DNA of 63,933 nucleotides, filler included, from Octopus bimaculoides (GCF_001194135.2; 5 parts of 4 records of this genome joined end to end with filler, not necessarily neighbours in it), one strand, 5' to 3'; positions 51,059 to 63,933 are shown, counted from the whole stretch's first letter. Notes: generated by a model from the sequence alone, not told the origin. Numbers and translations: made by a program.

Positions 51059-51159
51059 TATATATATATATATATATATATATNNNNNNNNNNNNNNNNN
51101 NNNNNNNNNNNNNNNNNNNNNNNNNNNNNNNNNNNNNNNNNNNNNNNNNNNNNNNNNNN

Positions 51160-51320
51160 ACTCTAAAACCACAATAAGTATATTCCACCGATGAAGGCAA
51201 AGCATTTATTATGCAAAGCCAGAAATCCGGGATCTGGAATTATCTTGTTATTTTTACTGGTTCATTTTGTCTTCGTCTTCGCTCCTTGTGCTATGTGAAC
51301 ATTTATTGTGGTTTTAGAGT
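51160..51320 (+). mobile_element. Short element: 18-bp inverted segment + hammerhead + tail
   Basis: ACTCTAAAACCACAATAA (51160-77) is the reverse complement of 51303-20; abuts a gap preceded by (TA)n. Confidence 0.6.
51182..51240 (+). ncRNA. Type I hammerhead motif with CCGAUGA core
   Basis: AUUCCA-CCGAUGA-A-GGC(AAA GCAU UUAUU AUGC AAA)GCC-A-GAA-AUCC G GGAU-C-UGGAAU; perfect 6-bp stem I, AUC cleavage triplet. Confidence 0.7.
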
Positions 51321-51462
51321 CAGGATTTGACTGCTATTTTTCAGCGTGGCGGTATCTCTTAGATACCCTGTATTATCATTTTAAATAATTATTACCTTTG
51401 ATGGTTTTTATTCCCATGCTGGCCACTTGATAGGATCAATATTTTAAATATCGATCTTATCC

Positions 51463-51498
<36 letters not shown>

Positions 51499-52774
51499 AA
51501 TGTAACTGCACGTCGATTGTTGGTGAATTTCCTTATTTTTTCCTTTTTTTCTGTTGGGACTTTTCTTTTTCTGACATCTATGACACAAAGTCATTTTATT
51601 CAATACGAGTAGAAATATAGCAAAAAGAAGTTGAAAATAAATGCACTGGGATTCGTTTAGCTTTTTTAAATACATTTTTTAAAGACTTAACTGGTTTTAT
51701 AGATTTCTCTGATCATCAAAAATTAACCAAGAAAGACGTTAAGCAATTCTGTAACTGTCTTGCTTCTGACTGGAATTTAAAAAGTTGTCCTGTTTTCGGA
51801 GAGAAAACATGGCTCAAATTACTATATGTTTTGGATACATTTTGACTGGTCGAGGATTATCACGTAATCAGGTTTTAGAGATTTTTGTAAGTTACGCCCG
51901 TTCTTTAATGTCGTGTGACAACATGTTTGGCGTGGTTAGTTAAAGCTGTCACGGCTGACGGGCAATTACTAGCAGTCAGGGCTGACTGAATTTTATCTGT
52001 AAGGTGGAGGAAAATCCTGTAATTAGTAGTAATTTTAGAAACTTTTTTAGGTTCCCCACTATGTCCGTGCATTAATGTGACTATTTTTTGCTTCGAAAAT
52101 CAAGGCTGACACGATTAAATGAAAATGTTTAGTGACAGTTGCGAAATAAAGTTCTCTAAATTTAATTTATCGAATGGTAGAGTGAACAAGAATTGTTTTT
52201 ATGTAGCTAAGTAGTTGAATAGTTATGATGTGTGTTCAGGTAGGCAGGCATCTCATTTAGCAATGAATTTTTTTTTTCTAACCATGCAACACTTATATAT
52301 ATGAAGAATCTGCCAGCTAACTGTCTTATGTTCGAAGGGTCATTTTTTCCACATAAACATACTGGTTCGAATTCATTTCTTTTTATTATTATCACTTAAG
52401 CAGTTAACTAATTAAAGAATTAAGGAATCGGTTGTTTATTGGATCTTAACAATAAATCATTTGGTTTTACTGTCTTTACGTTGTCATTCGCGGCGGCATT
52501 AATGACATACTCCCATTGCTCAATGTTTTTCGCGATGGATACACCGTCACAGAACTGGAGAAATTATTTTATTATTTAATTAGATAACTAGATGACTAAC
52601 GACAAGAAAGTGCAGGAAAATACGTCTGGTATGTGTATTTTTATTGCCAAAATATTCCCTCCCCAAGATATCACACATTATACATACATACAAACATACA
52701 TACATATGTATGTGTTTTGTGCGTGTGTATGTGTGTGTGTGATATCTTGGGGAAGGGCGCGTGCGTGCCTCTGT

Positions 52775-52985
52775 GTCTGTGTTTGTCCACCACCACAGCT
52801 TGACAACGGGTGCTTGTTTGTTTACGTCCCTGTAGATTAGTGGTCCGACAAAATGACCAACAGCATAAGTACCAGGCTGTAAAAAAAATGTTCTAAGGTC
52901 GATTCGTTCAACTAGAAGCTCTTCAAGACAGTGCCCCAGCATGGCCGCAGTCTAAATAACTGAAACAAGTGAGAAAGAAAAGATA
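52775..52985 (+). mobile_element. SINE family C, 3' half
   Basis: GTGTTTGTCC..GCTTGACAAC..CAGTGCCCCAGCATGGCCGCAGTC..ACTGAAACAAG. Confidence 0.8.
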
Positions 52986-53580
52986 AAAATATATACATAA
53001 AAATATATACATATATATGTTATTTTGTGCCAATGTTTTAAGTCTCATTGATGATAAATGGCCAATATATGCCTACCTTATATAATATAATTTAGCTGGC
53101 AAGGTTTACCTGATGTAGTTTGCAATTTAGAAGATTTTATACTGTGTATGTATGCATGTTTATATGCATAAAATCAATTACTTACTTATTCATATTTGAA
53201 TAATACATTACATCATTTACATATTTTCCCAAAATTATCTATTTAATTCTTTAATCAACAGGGACTGATATTTACTTTGATGTATTAAGGAACGGCAGCA
53301 CTTGGATACACTATGTAGCTTTTATAACAAATAGTGACTAATATTTCTCGCGTTCAATTAACATATGTTGTAAAATATTGCAAGGCAAACGCAAAATAAT
53401 GTGCAAATAATACAAGCCCCTTCACCACCACTAAATTGTTCATACATAATTCATTCGCAAGTATTATACTGCAACTCACTCAGTCATGTGTGTATATTAC
53501 ACAACAGTAATATGTTGATTAGACAGAGGAACAGTATTTGTTATTCATATTTTTATTACTGTATGTAATTCATGTTTCAG

Positions 53581-53598
53581 AGTAGTTGGAATATTCCG
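53581..53598 (+). CDS. Candidate 18-nt microexon (SSWNIP or VVGIF), host gene unknown
   Basis: ..CATGTTTCAG|AGTAGTTGGAATATTCCG|GTAAGA; frame-preserving length; repeat-poor surroundings. Splice signals only. Confidence 0.25.
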
Positions 53599-54621
53599 GT
53601 AAGATTTTCAAGCTAGTTATTTTGATGATAAATTACGCTATGTCAAATCAATAAATATACTTTCTTTCATACATATGTACACATAAACATACTCGCCATC
53701 ATACACACGTAGACAAATAATCGTGCACATGCCTGAACATACCTACACGCATATGTAATTGAGACATCTCACAGCTCATGCCCGCAATATGATGTTGTTC
53801 TTGACCTCAAGAGATATACCATGTGTTTACCTCATAAGATATAATTAGAGTAGTGACTTCGCTTGGAGAGAGATACCAGACATAATTACAATCTATTACA
53901 AGCAATATCAAAGATACAATCTTCACCAATGCAATAATGTTACCATATTGCCCGGTAACTCTTATATTTAACATTGATAAAATGATAGAAACTTTTATCA
54001 AACAATGATTTGCAATAATAACTAAAATCTGTTCGTTTTATTAGAGCCCACAAGTAAAGCTTACACAAAAGTCTTGCAATGTAACATTTCGATAAAATCT
54101 TCATCAATGCCCATGACATAAAACAAACCAGTCAACACTGTCTGGCTTCATAAATTCTCTGGCACAACTATCAATGAGTTATGTTCATCCCTTCCGACAT
54201 ACATCAGAAAATTATTGTCACTTCTTTCTAAGAAACCGTATATCTTTTGTGGTTATTTTTGCCTCAATGCTATGAGCTCCAATGTGCTAAGTGAGATATG
54301 TATAACCTCTATCCTCTGTTCTAATTCTCTATGTTAAGCGCATCTAATTTTCTCACCCTTATGAAAATAACCTTCTTCCACGCGCAACCGTAGCATCTCA
54401 AGATAAGCATGAGCAGAAATCACAATGGAGATATAAATTCCTCGACTCATTCAACAGTCTGAAACAATATTGTGTTTTGTTAAGTCAAACAAGTAAACAG
54501 ATGCGTTTGAAATAAGCTTCTTCACTATTGTAAATATTTAATAGAGCTTCAGAATATACTGATTCCTAAGCAAATGGGAAAAAAAAAGAATTATATACAA
54601 ACGGACAAGCAGGCACACACG

Positions 54622-54676
<55 letters not shown>

Positions 54677-55142
54677 NNNNNNNNNNNNNNNNNNNNNNNN
54701 NNNNNNNNNNNNNNNNNNNNNNNNNNNNNNNNNNNNNNNNNNNNNNNNNNNNNNNNNNNNNNNNNNNNNNNNNNNNNNNNNNNNNNNNNNNNNNNNNNNN
54801 NNNNNNNNNNNNNNNNNNNNNNNNNNNNNNNNNNNNNNNNNNNNNNNNNNNNNNNNNNNNNNNNNNNNNNNNNNNNNNNNNNNNNNNNNNNNNNNNNNNN
54901 NNNNNNNNNNNNNNNNNNNNNNNNNNNNNNNNNNNNNNNNNNNNNNNNNNNNNNNNNNNNNNNNNNNNNNNNNNNNNNNNNNNNNNNNNNNNNNNNNNNN
55001 NNNNNNNNNNNNNNNNNNNNNNNNNNNNNNNNNNNNNNNNNNNNNNNNNNNNNNNNNNNNNNNNNNNNNNNNNNNNNNNNNNNNNNNNNNNNNNNNNNNN
55101 NNNNNNNNNNNNNNNNNNNNNNNNNNNNNATATATATACATG

Positions 55143-55446
55143 TATAGGAGAAGAAAATGGATATAACAATGGTGAACTCGTGGTTTTCGCTGGTATGCCT
55201 TTAATTTAATTAGATAACAAAGAAGGAAGAAGCAGAGATGAAGGTAGCATTTAGGATCGTTTCAATTTACTGGTTTAAGTAAATTTCTTCAGAATGCGAA
55301 TATAGATAGATGCATCGGTTAGGATGCGAAAATAATTGAAACATGTTATGGTAACATAAACAAAGGTAGTAAGTTTTTACATTAAATTATAACCAGCAAA
55401 AACCACAAGTTTTCCATTCTTATTATATCCATTTTCTTCTCCTATA
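55143..55446. mobile_element. MITE with ~55-bp TIRs (TATAGGAGAAGAAAATGGATATAA)
   Basis: Long terminal match between 55143-55200 and the reverse complement of about 55390-55446; TA flanks. Confidence 0.8.
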
Positions 55447-55639
55447 TAACCTAAACTACTGTTTACCAACCGAACAACCTGCTACCGTACAACCTTACAA
55501 AAGATTGTACTCACCCAGGCAATAACCAGGAGCGACTTTGGATTTAATTATTCCTTAGCGGTATTAAACCCCTCTAACTCTTACCTACACTATATATATA
55601 TATAACAAAAGAGGGGGTGGTGTTTCCAAGCAGGAAAAG

Positions 55640-56088
55640 TATAGGAAAATGTGTTGTTGAAAATGCACCTAAATTTCAAAAACTCGTAAATGTTTAAAAT
55701 ACATTTATTTACATTAGATACCAAACTAGTTTCGACAATATTTTTTTGTTTATCAATCGTAAAAGTTTAAAATTAGAAAAACATCTTTAAATGTTTCAAT
55801 ATTGATAAATTAACACGTTCAAAACAGAAAGTGAAAGTTTGAATTTTCATACCAGTCAATAAAATTAAAACTGTATATCAATTTTTTTGAAAGTACAAAG
55901 TTTATTAATTTTAGTGGTGGTCGACAAGTCATACTGATTTTAATCTGTCAACATTGAAACTGTTAAAAATGTTTTAATAATTTTAAACTTTTACCATTGA
56001 TAAACAAAAGAATATTGTTGAAACTAGTTTGGTATATAATGGAAATAAATGAAATTTAGATGCATTTTCAAGAACACATTTTCCTATA
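55640..56088. mobile_element. MITE with ~170-bp imperfect TIRs (TATAGGAAAATGTGTT)
   Basis: Blocks such as ATACCAAACTAGTTTC and GTAAAAGTTTAAAATTA are mirrored on the two arms. Confidence 0.8.
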
Positions 56089-56202
56089 TATATANNNNNN
56101 NNNNNNNNNNNNNNNNNNNNNNNNNNNNNNNNNNNNNNTTAATTAATTAANNNNNNNNNNNNNNNNNNNNNNNNNNNNNNNNNNNNNNNNNNNNTCTCAC
56201 GT

Positions 56203-56234
<32 letters not shown>

Positions 56235-56235
<1 letters not shown>

Positions 56236-56396
56236 ACCACGGGCTTCTTTCAGTTCCGTCTACCAAATACACTCACAAGGCTTTGGTCGGCCCGAGGCTA
56301 TAGTAGAAAACACTTGCTCAAGGTGCCACTCAGAGGGAATGAACCCGGAACCATGTGGTTGGTAAGCAAACTACTTACCACACAGCCACTCCTGCT
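56235..56396 (-). mobile_element. SINE family C, 5' half
   Basis: CGGGCTTCTTTCAGT..CACAGCCACTCCTGC. Confidence 0.9.
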
Positions 56397-58062
56397 ATAT
56401 AAATGTTTAACAATCTATTATTGTTTATAGACACAGAGATGTGCGTGCATTCACATGAGAACAAACATCATTATACGAAGGCATACATATGTACATAAAT
56501 GTACATAGACACACATATATTCATATGTATAGACTCCAATATCTAAGCTTTGTCTACGCCCATTTACGTTACCTATGAAGAAATCTAAGCATGTAATCTA
56601 AAGGTGCATCAATAAAAAGCTACCGAAACAGTTACGAAATTTATAACTAACTTGTGTTCTTCTGATGCATATATATATATATATATATANNNNNNNNNNN
56701 NNNNNNNNNNNNNNNNNNNNNNNNNNNNNNNNNNNNNNNNNNNNNNNNNNNNNNNNNNNNNNNNNNNNNNNNNNNNNNNNNNNNNNNNNNNNNNNNNNNN
56801 NNNNNNNNNNNNNNNNNNNNNNNNNNNNNNNNNNNNNNNNNNNNNNNNNNNNNNNNNNNNNNNNNNNNNNNNNNNNNNNNNNNNNNNNNNNNNNNNNNNN
56901 NNNNNNNNNNNNNNNNNNNNNNNNNNNNNNNNNNNNNNNNNNNNNNNNNNNNNNNNNNNNNNNNNNNNNNNNNNNNNNNNNNNNNNNNNNNNNNNNNNNN
57001 NNNNNNNNNNNNNNNNNNNNNNNNNNNNNNNNNNNNNNNNNNNNNNNNNNNNNNNNNNNNNNNNNNNNNNNNNNNNNNNNNNNNNNNNNNNNNNNNNNNN
57101 NNNNNNNNNNNNNNNNNNNNNNNNNNNNNNNNNNNNNNNNNNNNNNNNNNNNNNNNNNNNNNNNNNNNNNNNNNNNNNNNNNNNNNNNNNNNNNNNNNNN
57201 NNNNNNNNNNNNNNNNNNNNNNNNNNNNNNNNNNNNNNNNNNNNNNNNNNNNNNNNNNNNNNNNNNNNNNNNNNNNNNNNNNNNNNNNNNNNNNNNNNNN
57301 NNNNNNNNNNNNNNNNNNNNNNNNNNNNNNNNNNNNNNNNNNNNNNNNNNNNNNNNNNNNNNNNNNNNNNNNNNNNNNNNNNNNNNNNNNNNNNNNTATG
57401 CATGTATGTATGTATGTATGTATGTATGTATGTATGTATGTATGTATGTGCATGTGTGTGTATGAGAGAGATAGCGTTTACGATCATAAACAAAGAATAC
57501 AAATGCAATATAGGTATTCTCGAGTTGGCTGCGTAATAATACAAGCTACGGAAACGGTAAGTTAACGAGATACTCTGAGCAGTGACTGGGAGTAATCTCT
57601 GCTCTGCACTTTAACACTCACATATATTTTGTTATTTTGAATTATCCCCGTTGCTGGACAACGATATAACCAACCTGCTTGTAGTTAAAACAAAATAAAT
57701 AAAGCCACAAGCAACAGACAGATATACAAAAGCAAAACCAAAATATACTTAAATAAAACTAAAAGACTTGTGAATTTGAAAGCGCCATGCTTGTCACGTT
57801 TCCTTCGAGTTGACTTATTGCCACGTGATGCTGTCTCGAAGACGAGATTCTAGCACATTCGCTCTGAGCTGTGATCTCAGTTCACTCATAAATTCCTACT
57901 AAATGGATTTAGACAAACACCCGATGTTACTTGCACTCGTCATTTCGTATTCACTGCACTCTGTGTGTTGTGTTACGTTCAGAGCATTCTCTCATTCTCT
58001 TATTCTCTCATTCTCTCACTTCGCCTCTTAATCTTTTACTCTCTCTTTTCTCTTTCCCACAC

Positions 58063-58094
<32 letters not shown>

Positions 58095-58487
58095 CCTCTC
58101 TCTCTCTCTCCCTCTCTCTCTCTCTCTCGACACACGCAAACACTGATACACACACATATATGTACGTATTTACATACATAATGCATAGATGCATACATAC
58201 ATACACACGCATATACATATATACATGTATATAAAGGTATATATGTGTGTATATATATTATATATACATGTATGGATGTATACATATGGATGTATACATA
58301 TGTATGTATGTGTATGTATATATATAAATTTATANNNNNNNNNNNNNNNNNNNNNNNNNNNNNNNNNNNNNNNNNNNNTTAATTAATTAANNNNNNNNNN
58401 NNNNNNNNNNNNNNNNNNNNNNNNNNNNNNNNNNGTACAGTGTGCGGCACAAAAACGAGTAGAAGCTGGGAAACCTAACCACCTCTG

Positions 58488-58523
<36 letters not shown>

Positions 58524-59114
58524 CTATCTTTGTCATTGTCATCATCTTCATCCTCCTTCAAGTCATCATCATCATCATCATCATTGGCACATCTTTTATA
58601 TCAATATCTGTTTTCTTTCATTCAACCCCACTTTTTAATCCCAGTCATGCACACCCAACTTCAGCAAGCCGGTGTTGGTTTGTGCATGGCCAATGTATCT
58701 TACTGCCAAATTGCAGGTTCCATATGGTGCTCCAATGTTTGAATGAATAACCTTGGACATTAGCACCAAGATCGAACCAGACGCTAGCTTCAAGTTCATA
58801 ATTCTGCAAATCAGCCATCCTGGACTGCAACGTATTTATCTAACCCCAAAATGGCGAAATGCAAATCTGATTTTCACAGGATTTGAACACAAAGCACAGA
58901 GAATCAGAACAAGTGCTGCAATATATCAGGTCATTAAGAATGAAATGTCTGATTTTCTCATGTACCAAGTTTGACAGTCGTTAACTCTAATGTTTTATCT
59001 AGAAATTTCTTTGTTTTACAACATTGAAGAGTTAAATCATCACTTTTCGAAATGCAATTCGTGGTGTCTGATTATATTACGAGTTTTCTCTTGTAAATCA
59101 ATTTTTGTGAACCT

Positions 59115-59333
59115 ATGGATAGATAAAAAAAACCCACGTTGTTTATGAATATGAGTTCCATCATGGAACCAATGCATCCCAGACAGCTCGAAACATCAAT
59201 GAGGGGCTTGGTGAAGATGTGGTGAATGAGCACACTGTACACCAATGGTTCAGGAAGTTCCGGTTTGGTGATTTTACTCTTGGAAATGAGCCCCATTATA
59301 GATCTGAGACCAAGGTGGATAATGATGAGCTGG
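59115..59333 (+). pseudogene. Mariner transposase N-terminal fragment (Hsmar1/cecropia-like HTH)
   Basis: VYEYEFHHGTNASQTARNINEGLGEDVVNEHTVHQWFRKFRFGDFTLGNEP..VDNDEL. Confidence 0.8.
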
Positions 59334-59715
59334 ATATATATGTGTAATATATATATATTGTGTAATATATATATATATGTGTAATATTTTGGACTAATGA
59401 TTATATGTTGATTAGCATGTTGAAATGTTGAATAAAGCACTGGCAAGTTTGGGGCTATCTAGTGTCTTGGGGTATATTTCCATTGGATTTGCTTCAGGAA
59501 TTCTGCAGTGTTGGTTGAGATAATGACAATAAATTCTTAAGTAACGAGAAGATGGATTTGGATTTCGACTTAAACACACCAATATCGGTTGTCGATTGAT
59601 GGTGGGGGGACAAACNNNNNNNNNNNNNNNNNNNNNNNNNNNNNNNNNNNNNNNNNNNNNNNNNNNNNNNNNNNNNNNNNNNNNNNNNNNNNNNNNNNNN
59701 NNNNNNNNNNNNNNN

Positions 59716-59750
<35 letters not shown>

Positions 59751-60973
59751 AACATGTACACATACAGGCAGATACATACACACACACACGCACACATATA
59801 TATATGTATGTATCTTTATATATACACAGAAGGACAGGTGGATCGATATATACCTACTCACATACATACTTCTCCTTATAGCCCACTTTCAAGAGAGCTT
59901 GCTCTATTTCCATACCTTAAAGGTCAGAACAAACAGTCTTCCAAGTGGCAGCGTTGAATGATGTGAACACGTTTTCCTTAGAAGATATACAAGCAGGGAA
60001 GAAGAAAAATAAAACATTAATGATGACAAGCAAAAGAAAATTGCTGCCAAAACCACATGCATACATATGTGTGTGTGTGTGTGTGTGTGTATGTTTGTGT
60101 GTGTGTGCGTATTTATATATGTATATATATATATAAGTATATGTATGTATATATATGTACGTATATATATATATTTATGTATGTATATAAATATATATAN
60201 NNNNNNNNNNNNNNNNNNNNNNNNNNNNNNNNNNNNNNNNNNNNNNNNNNNNNNNNNNNNNNNNNNNNNNNNNNNNNNNNNNNNNNNNNNNNNNNNNNNN
60301 NNNNNNNNNNNNNNNNNNNNNNNNNNNNNNNNNNNNNNNNNNNNNNNNNNNNNNNNNNNNNNNNNNNNNNNNNNNNNNNNNNNNNNNNNNNNNNNNNNNN
60401 NNNNNNNNNNNNNNNNNNNNNNNNNNNNNNNNNNNNNNNNNNNNNNNNNNNNNNNNNNNNNNNNNNNNNNNNNNNNNNNNNNNNNNNNNNNNNNNNNNNN
60501 NNNNNNNNNNNNNNNNNNNNNNNNNNNNNNNNNNNNNNNNNNNNNNNNNNNNNNNNNNNNNNNNNNNNNNNNNNNNNNNNNNNNNNNNNNNNNNNNNNNN
60601 NNNNNNNNNNNNNNNNNNNNNNNNNNNNNNNNNNNNNNNNNNNNNNNNNNNNNNNNNNNNNNNNNNNNNNNNNNNNNNNNNNNNNNNNNNNNNNNNNNNN
60701 NNNNNNNNNNNNNNNNNNNNNNNNNNNNNNNNNNNNNNNNNNNNNNNNNNNNNNNNNNNNNNNNNNNNNNNNNNNNNNNNNNNNNNNNNNNNNNNNNNNN
60801 NNNNNNNNNNNNNNNNNNNNNNNNNNNNNNNNNNNNNNNNNNNNNNNNNNNNNNNNNNNNNNNNNNNNNNNNNNNNNNNNNNNNNNNNNNNNNNNNNNNN
60901 NNNNNNNNNNNNNNNNNNNNNNNNNNNNNNNNNNNNNNNNNNNNNNNNNNNNNNNNNNNNNNNNNNNNNNNNN

Positions 60974-61005
<32 letters not shown>

Positions 61006-63681
61006 CACATAGATATTAGTAAATAGTTTATGAATGGAAGTCATAATGCTTTTTGCTGCTGTAAATATTGCTTATTCTTTTTCTTCTATTCATTTCGTAT
61101 TCTGAGGCCCCTTTCATCTTTGGCTAAACTGTTCATGTAAAAAATCTGCCGTGTTATTATCGTAAAGCTAACAGCTATTTTTGGTTTAGTTCTGCTGGTG
61201 AGCAAATATATTATGCACAAGCATATTCTCTACAAATCTTTCTCTCTCCCCCTCCTCCATCTCTCTCACTCTGTCTCTCTCTCTCTTTAATGTACTTTTG
61301 TCCCCCCTCTTTTTCTAATGTATTTTTTACTCTCCCTAACTCTCACTCTATTTCTCTCTCACTTATATAGGTATATATATATTTATTTATATACATACAT
61401 ATAAATGTTTACATATATATATATGTGTATGTATGTATATATATGTGCATGAGTGTGTGTGTGCGTGTGTGTGTGTATATATATATTTATATTTGTCCAA
61501 CCCACACCAGCATGGAAAGCGGACGTTAAAGGATGATGATGATGTTGATATATATATATACATATAATATACATTTATAACATCTGTCTGTCTATCTATC
61601 TTTCTACCCATCTATCTATCTACCTACACAGACACACACACACACATACACAGACACACATCCACACACATATATATATAAACTTAGATATGTTTCGACC
61701 AAAGAATGGTCCAGGCCATGTCTAACTTAATAGCACCACCTGATAGGATTATCGAAATCCTTTTTAAGTCAAGTTTTGTTTATGATCCATTCAAGTAGTG
61801 AGTTCTTATTGAGTGAATTTTATCCAGGTATGGATGGCTTNNNNNNNNNNNNNNNNNNNNNNNNNNNNNNNNNNNNNNNNNNNNTTAATTAATTAANNNN
61901 NNNNNNNNNNNNNNNNNNNNNNNNNNNNNNNNNNNNNNNNATATATATATATATATAAAGTCACAATATAAGCATAAGCGTGGCTATGTGGTAAGGTGTT
62001 TGGTTCGCTATGACATGGTAGATGCTACATCGTGGAAAATACACTGATTTTGGAAATGTAATTCTCGGAAAACAATTGTTAATTGTTACGACATCCCCGC
62101 CCACACGATCGACTAGTACCCCACAAATTCACCCTTAATGCCTGTTAACAGACAAAAATGGCGGGTAAACTAGCAGAGTCCTTATGTTCATCGTTATTGG
62201 ATGAAATCACTAGAAAATATCCACCTACTTGGTGGTTTGATACCGGGATATTATTGTTGTACACAACACTATGTACTCCACTTTAACTGCCCTGTTCATG
62301 TCATACAGCATGTTCATACCACACTTGTCAATGCTGACCACCTACTAGCTAACATGGCCCGACTGCGACTGCGGACAATACCAACCACACCGTGTGTACA
62401 ACACATCACTGATTACTGCCTTAAGAAAATCACAGTAATAACTTTCTCAATTAGCGTCGTGGAAGACGTGATATACCTACACAAGTGTGACATCCATCGA
62501 ATTTGTTTCCACTTCAGAAAAGTGGAAAATTTTTAAAGCAACTAGTAATTTTTCAGATTAACACCCGCACGATTACCTAACCGGGATCTATTTTAAAACG
62601 GGGGCCACATTTTTCATTAATGTTTTACGTAGTGTTTTTGGTACCGAAAGACTTTCAAACTTCGTATACTTATCTATTTTGTGTTATAGAACAGAAAAAT
62701 ATTTTTGTATTCGAATTTATTTCATGTAAAAAAAATGTCTTATTTCGATAATTTCAACCAATCACTGACAAGTATTCAGTTGTTTACATTTACTCCTTTG
62801 GATGATTAAGCGATGTAAAGCGTATNNNNNNNNNNNNNNNNNNNNNNNNNNNNNNNNNNNNNNNNNNNNNNNNNNNNNNNNNNNNNNNNNNNNNNNNNNN
62901 NNNNNNNNNNNNNNNNNNNNNNNNNNNNNNNNNNNNNNNNNNNNNNNNNNNNNNNNNNNNNNNNNNNNNNNNNNNNNNNNNNNNNNNNNNNNNNNNNNNN
63001 NNNNNNNNNNNNNNNNNNNNNNNNNNNNNNNNNNNNNNNNNNNNNNNNNNNNNNNNNNNNNNNNNNNNNNNNNNNNNNNNNNNNNNNNNNNNNNNNNNNN
63101 NNNNNNNNNNNNNNNNNNNNNNNNNNNNNNNNNNNNNNNNNNNNNNNNNNNNNNNNNNNNNNNNNNNNNNNNNNNNNNNNNNNNNNNNNNNNNNNNNNNN
63201 NNNNNNNNNNNNNNNNNNNNNNNNNNNNNNNNNNNNNNNNNNNNNNNNNNNNNNNNNNNNNNNNNNNNNNNNNNNNNNNNNNNNNNNNNNNNNNNNNNNN
63301 NNNNNNNNNNNNNNNNNNNNNNNNNNNNNNNNNNNNNNNNNNNNNNNNNNNNNNNNNNNNNNNNNNNNNNNNNNNNNNNNNNNNNNNNNNNNNNNNNNNN
63401 NNNNNNNNNNNNNNNNNNNNNNNNNNNNNNNNNNNNNNNNNNNNNNNNNNNNNNNNNNNNNNNNNNNNNNNNNNNNNNNNNNNNNNNNNNNNNNNNNNNN
63501 NNNNNNNNNNNNNNNNNNNNNNNNNNNNNNNNNNNNNNNNNNNNNNNNNNNNNNNNNNNNNNNNNNNNNNNNNNNNNNNNNNNNNNNNNNNNNNNNNNNN
63601 NNNNNNNNNNNNNNNNNNNNNNAAAGAACTGATGGGCGCCCACAGACGTTCAGACACACATAATATATATATATATATTTT

Positions 63682-63933
63682 TGCTTCAGTCATTAGACTG
63701 CAGCTATACTCAGGGCACCGCCTTGAAGAATTTTGTAGTCGAATGTATATCGACCCCAGGACTTTTTAAAAGCCTGGTACTTATTTTATCGGTCTCTTTT
63801 GTCGAACCGCTAAGTTATGAGGACGTAAATGCACCAGCAACGGTTGTCAAGCGGTGGTGGGGAGACGACAAAGTCTCGCACACACACACACGCACACATA
63901 CATACACACACACACGATAAGCTTCTTTCAGTT
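63682..63933 (-). mobile_element. SINE family C, 3' half (runs off window)
   Basis: TTCAGTCATTAGACTG..GGCACCGCCTT..TATCGGTCTCTTTTGTCGAACCGCTAAG. Confidence 0.85.

Noticed and set aside
53807-54001. GPCR-like fragment (VTGQYGNIIALVKIVSL)
   Set aside because: Only hydrophobicity and a GN dipeptide; no TM2/TM3 motifs in frame.
61681-61730. Minus-strand hairpin followed by GAAAC
   Set aside because: No C(U/C)GANGA core upstream.
62201-62536. 111-aa ORF
   Set aside because: No recognisable domain; His/Cys spacing does not fit a zinc finger.

Overview
AT-rich, microsatellite-dense, gap-rich animal genomic DNA. The SINE families, Penelope remnants and Tc1/mariner relics look like those of Octopus (coleoid cephalopod); the species call is inference from recalled repeats, not a database match. 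No intact host protein-coding gene is visible, and nearly all ORF-track entries are simple-repeat or N-gap artefacts. The window contains: at least four tRNA-headed or modular SINE families (my labels A-D), a 5'-truncated CR1-group LINE, Penelope-like (PLE) RT and GIY-YIG remnants, mariner and DD37D transposase relics, several MITE/foldback elements, a 20-bp minisatellite and artificial TTAATTAATTAA contig linkers. The main hidden signal is a set of unrelated type I hammerhead-ribozyme motifs (51182-51240 +, 33087-33125 -, 45743-45805 -, half copy 16873-16896 +). Two of them have a non-canonical CCGAUGA core and a palindromic stem III with a 1-nt loop, and sit in short PLE-type elements next to (TA)n. 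Also notable: a pri-miRNA-like hairpin with well-placed basal UG and CNNC motifs (29191-29284), a LINE/SINE pair sharing a 3' hairpin with compensatory changes, and a candidate 18-nt microexon.
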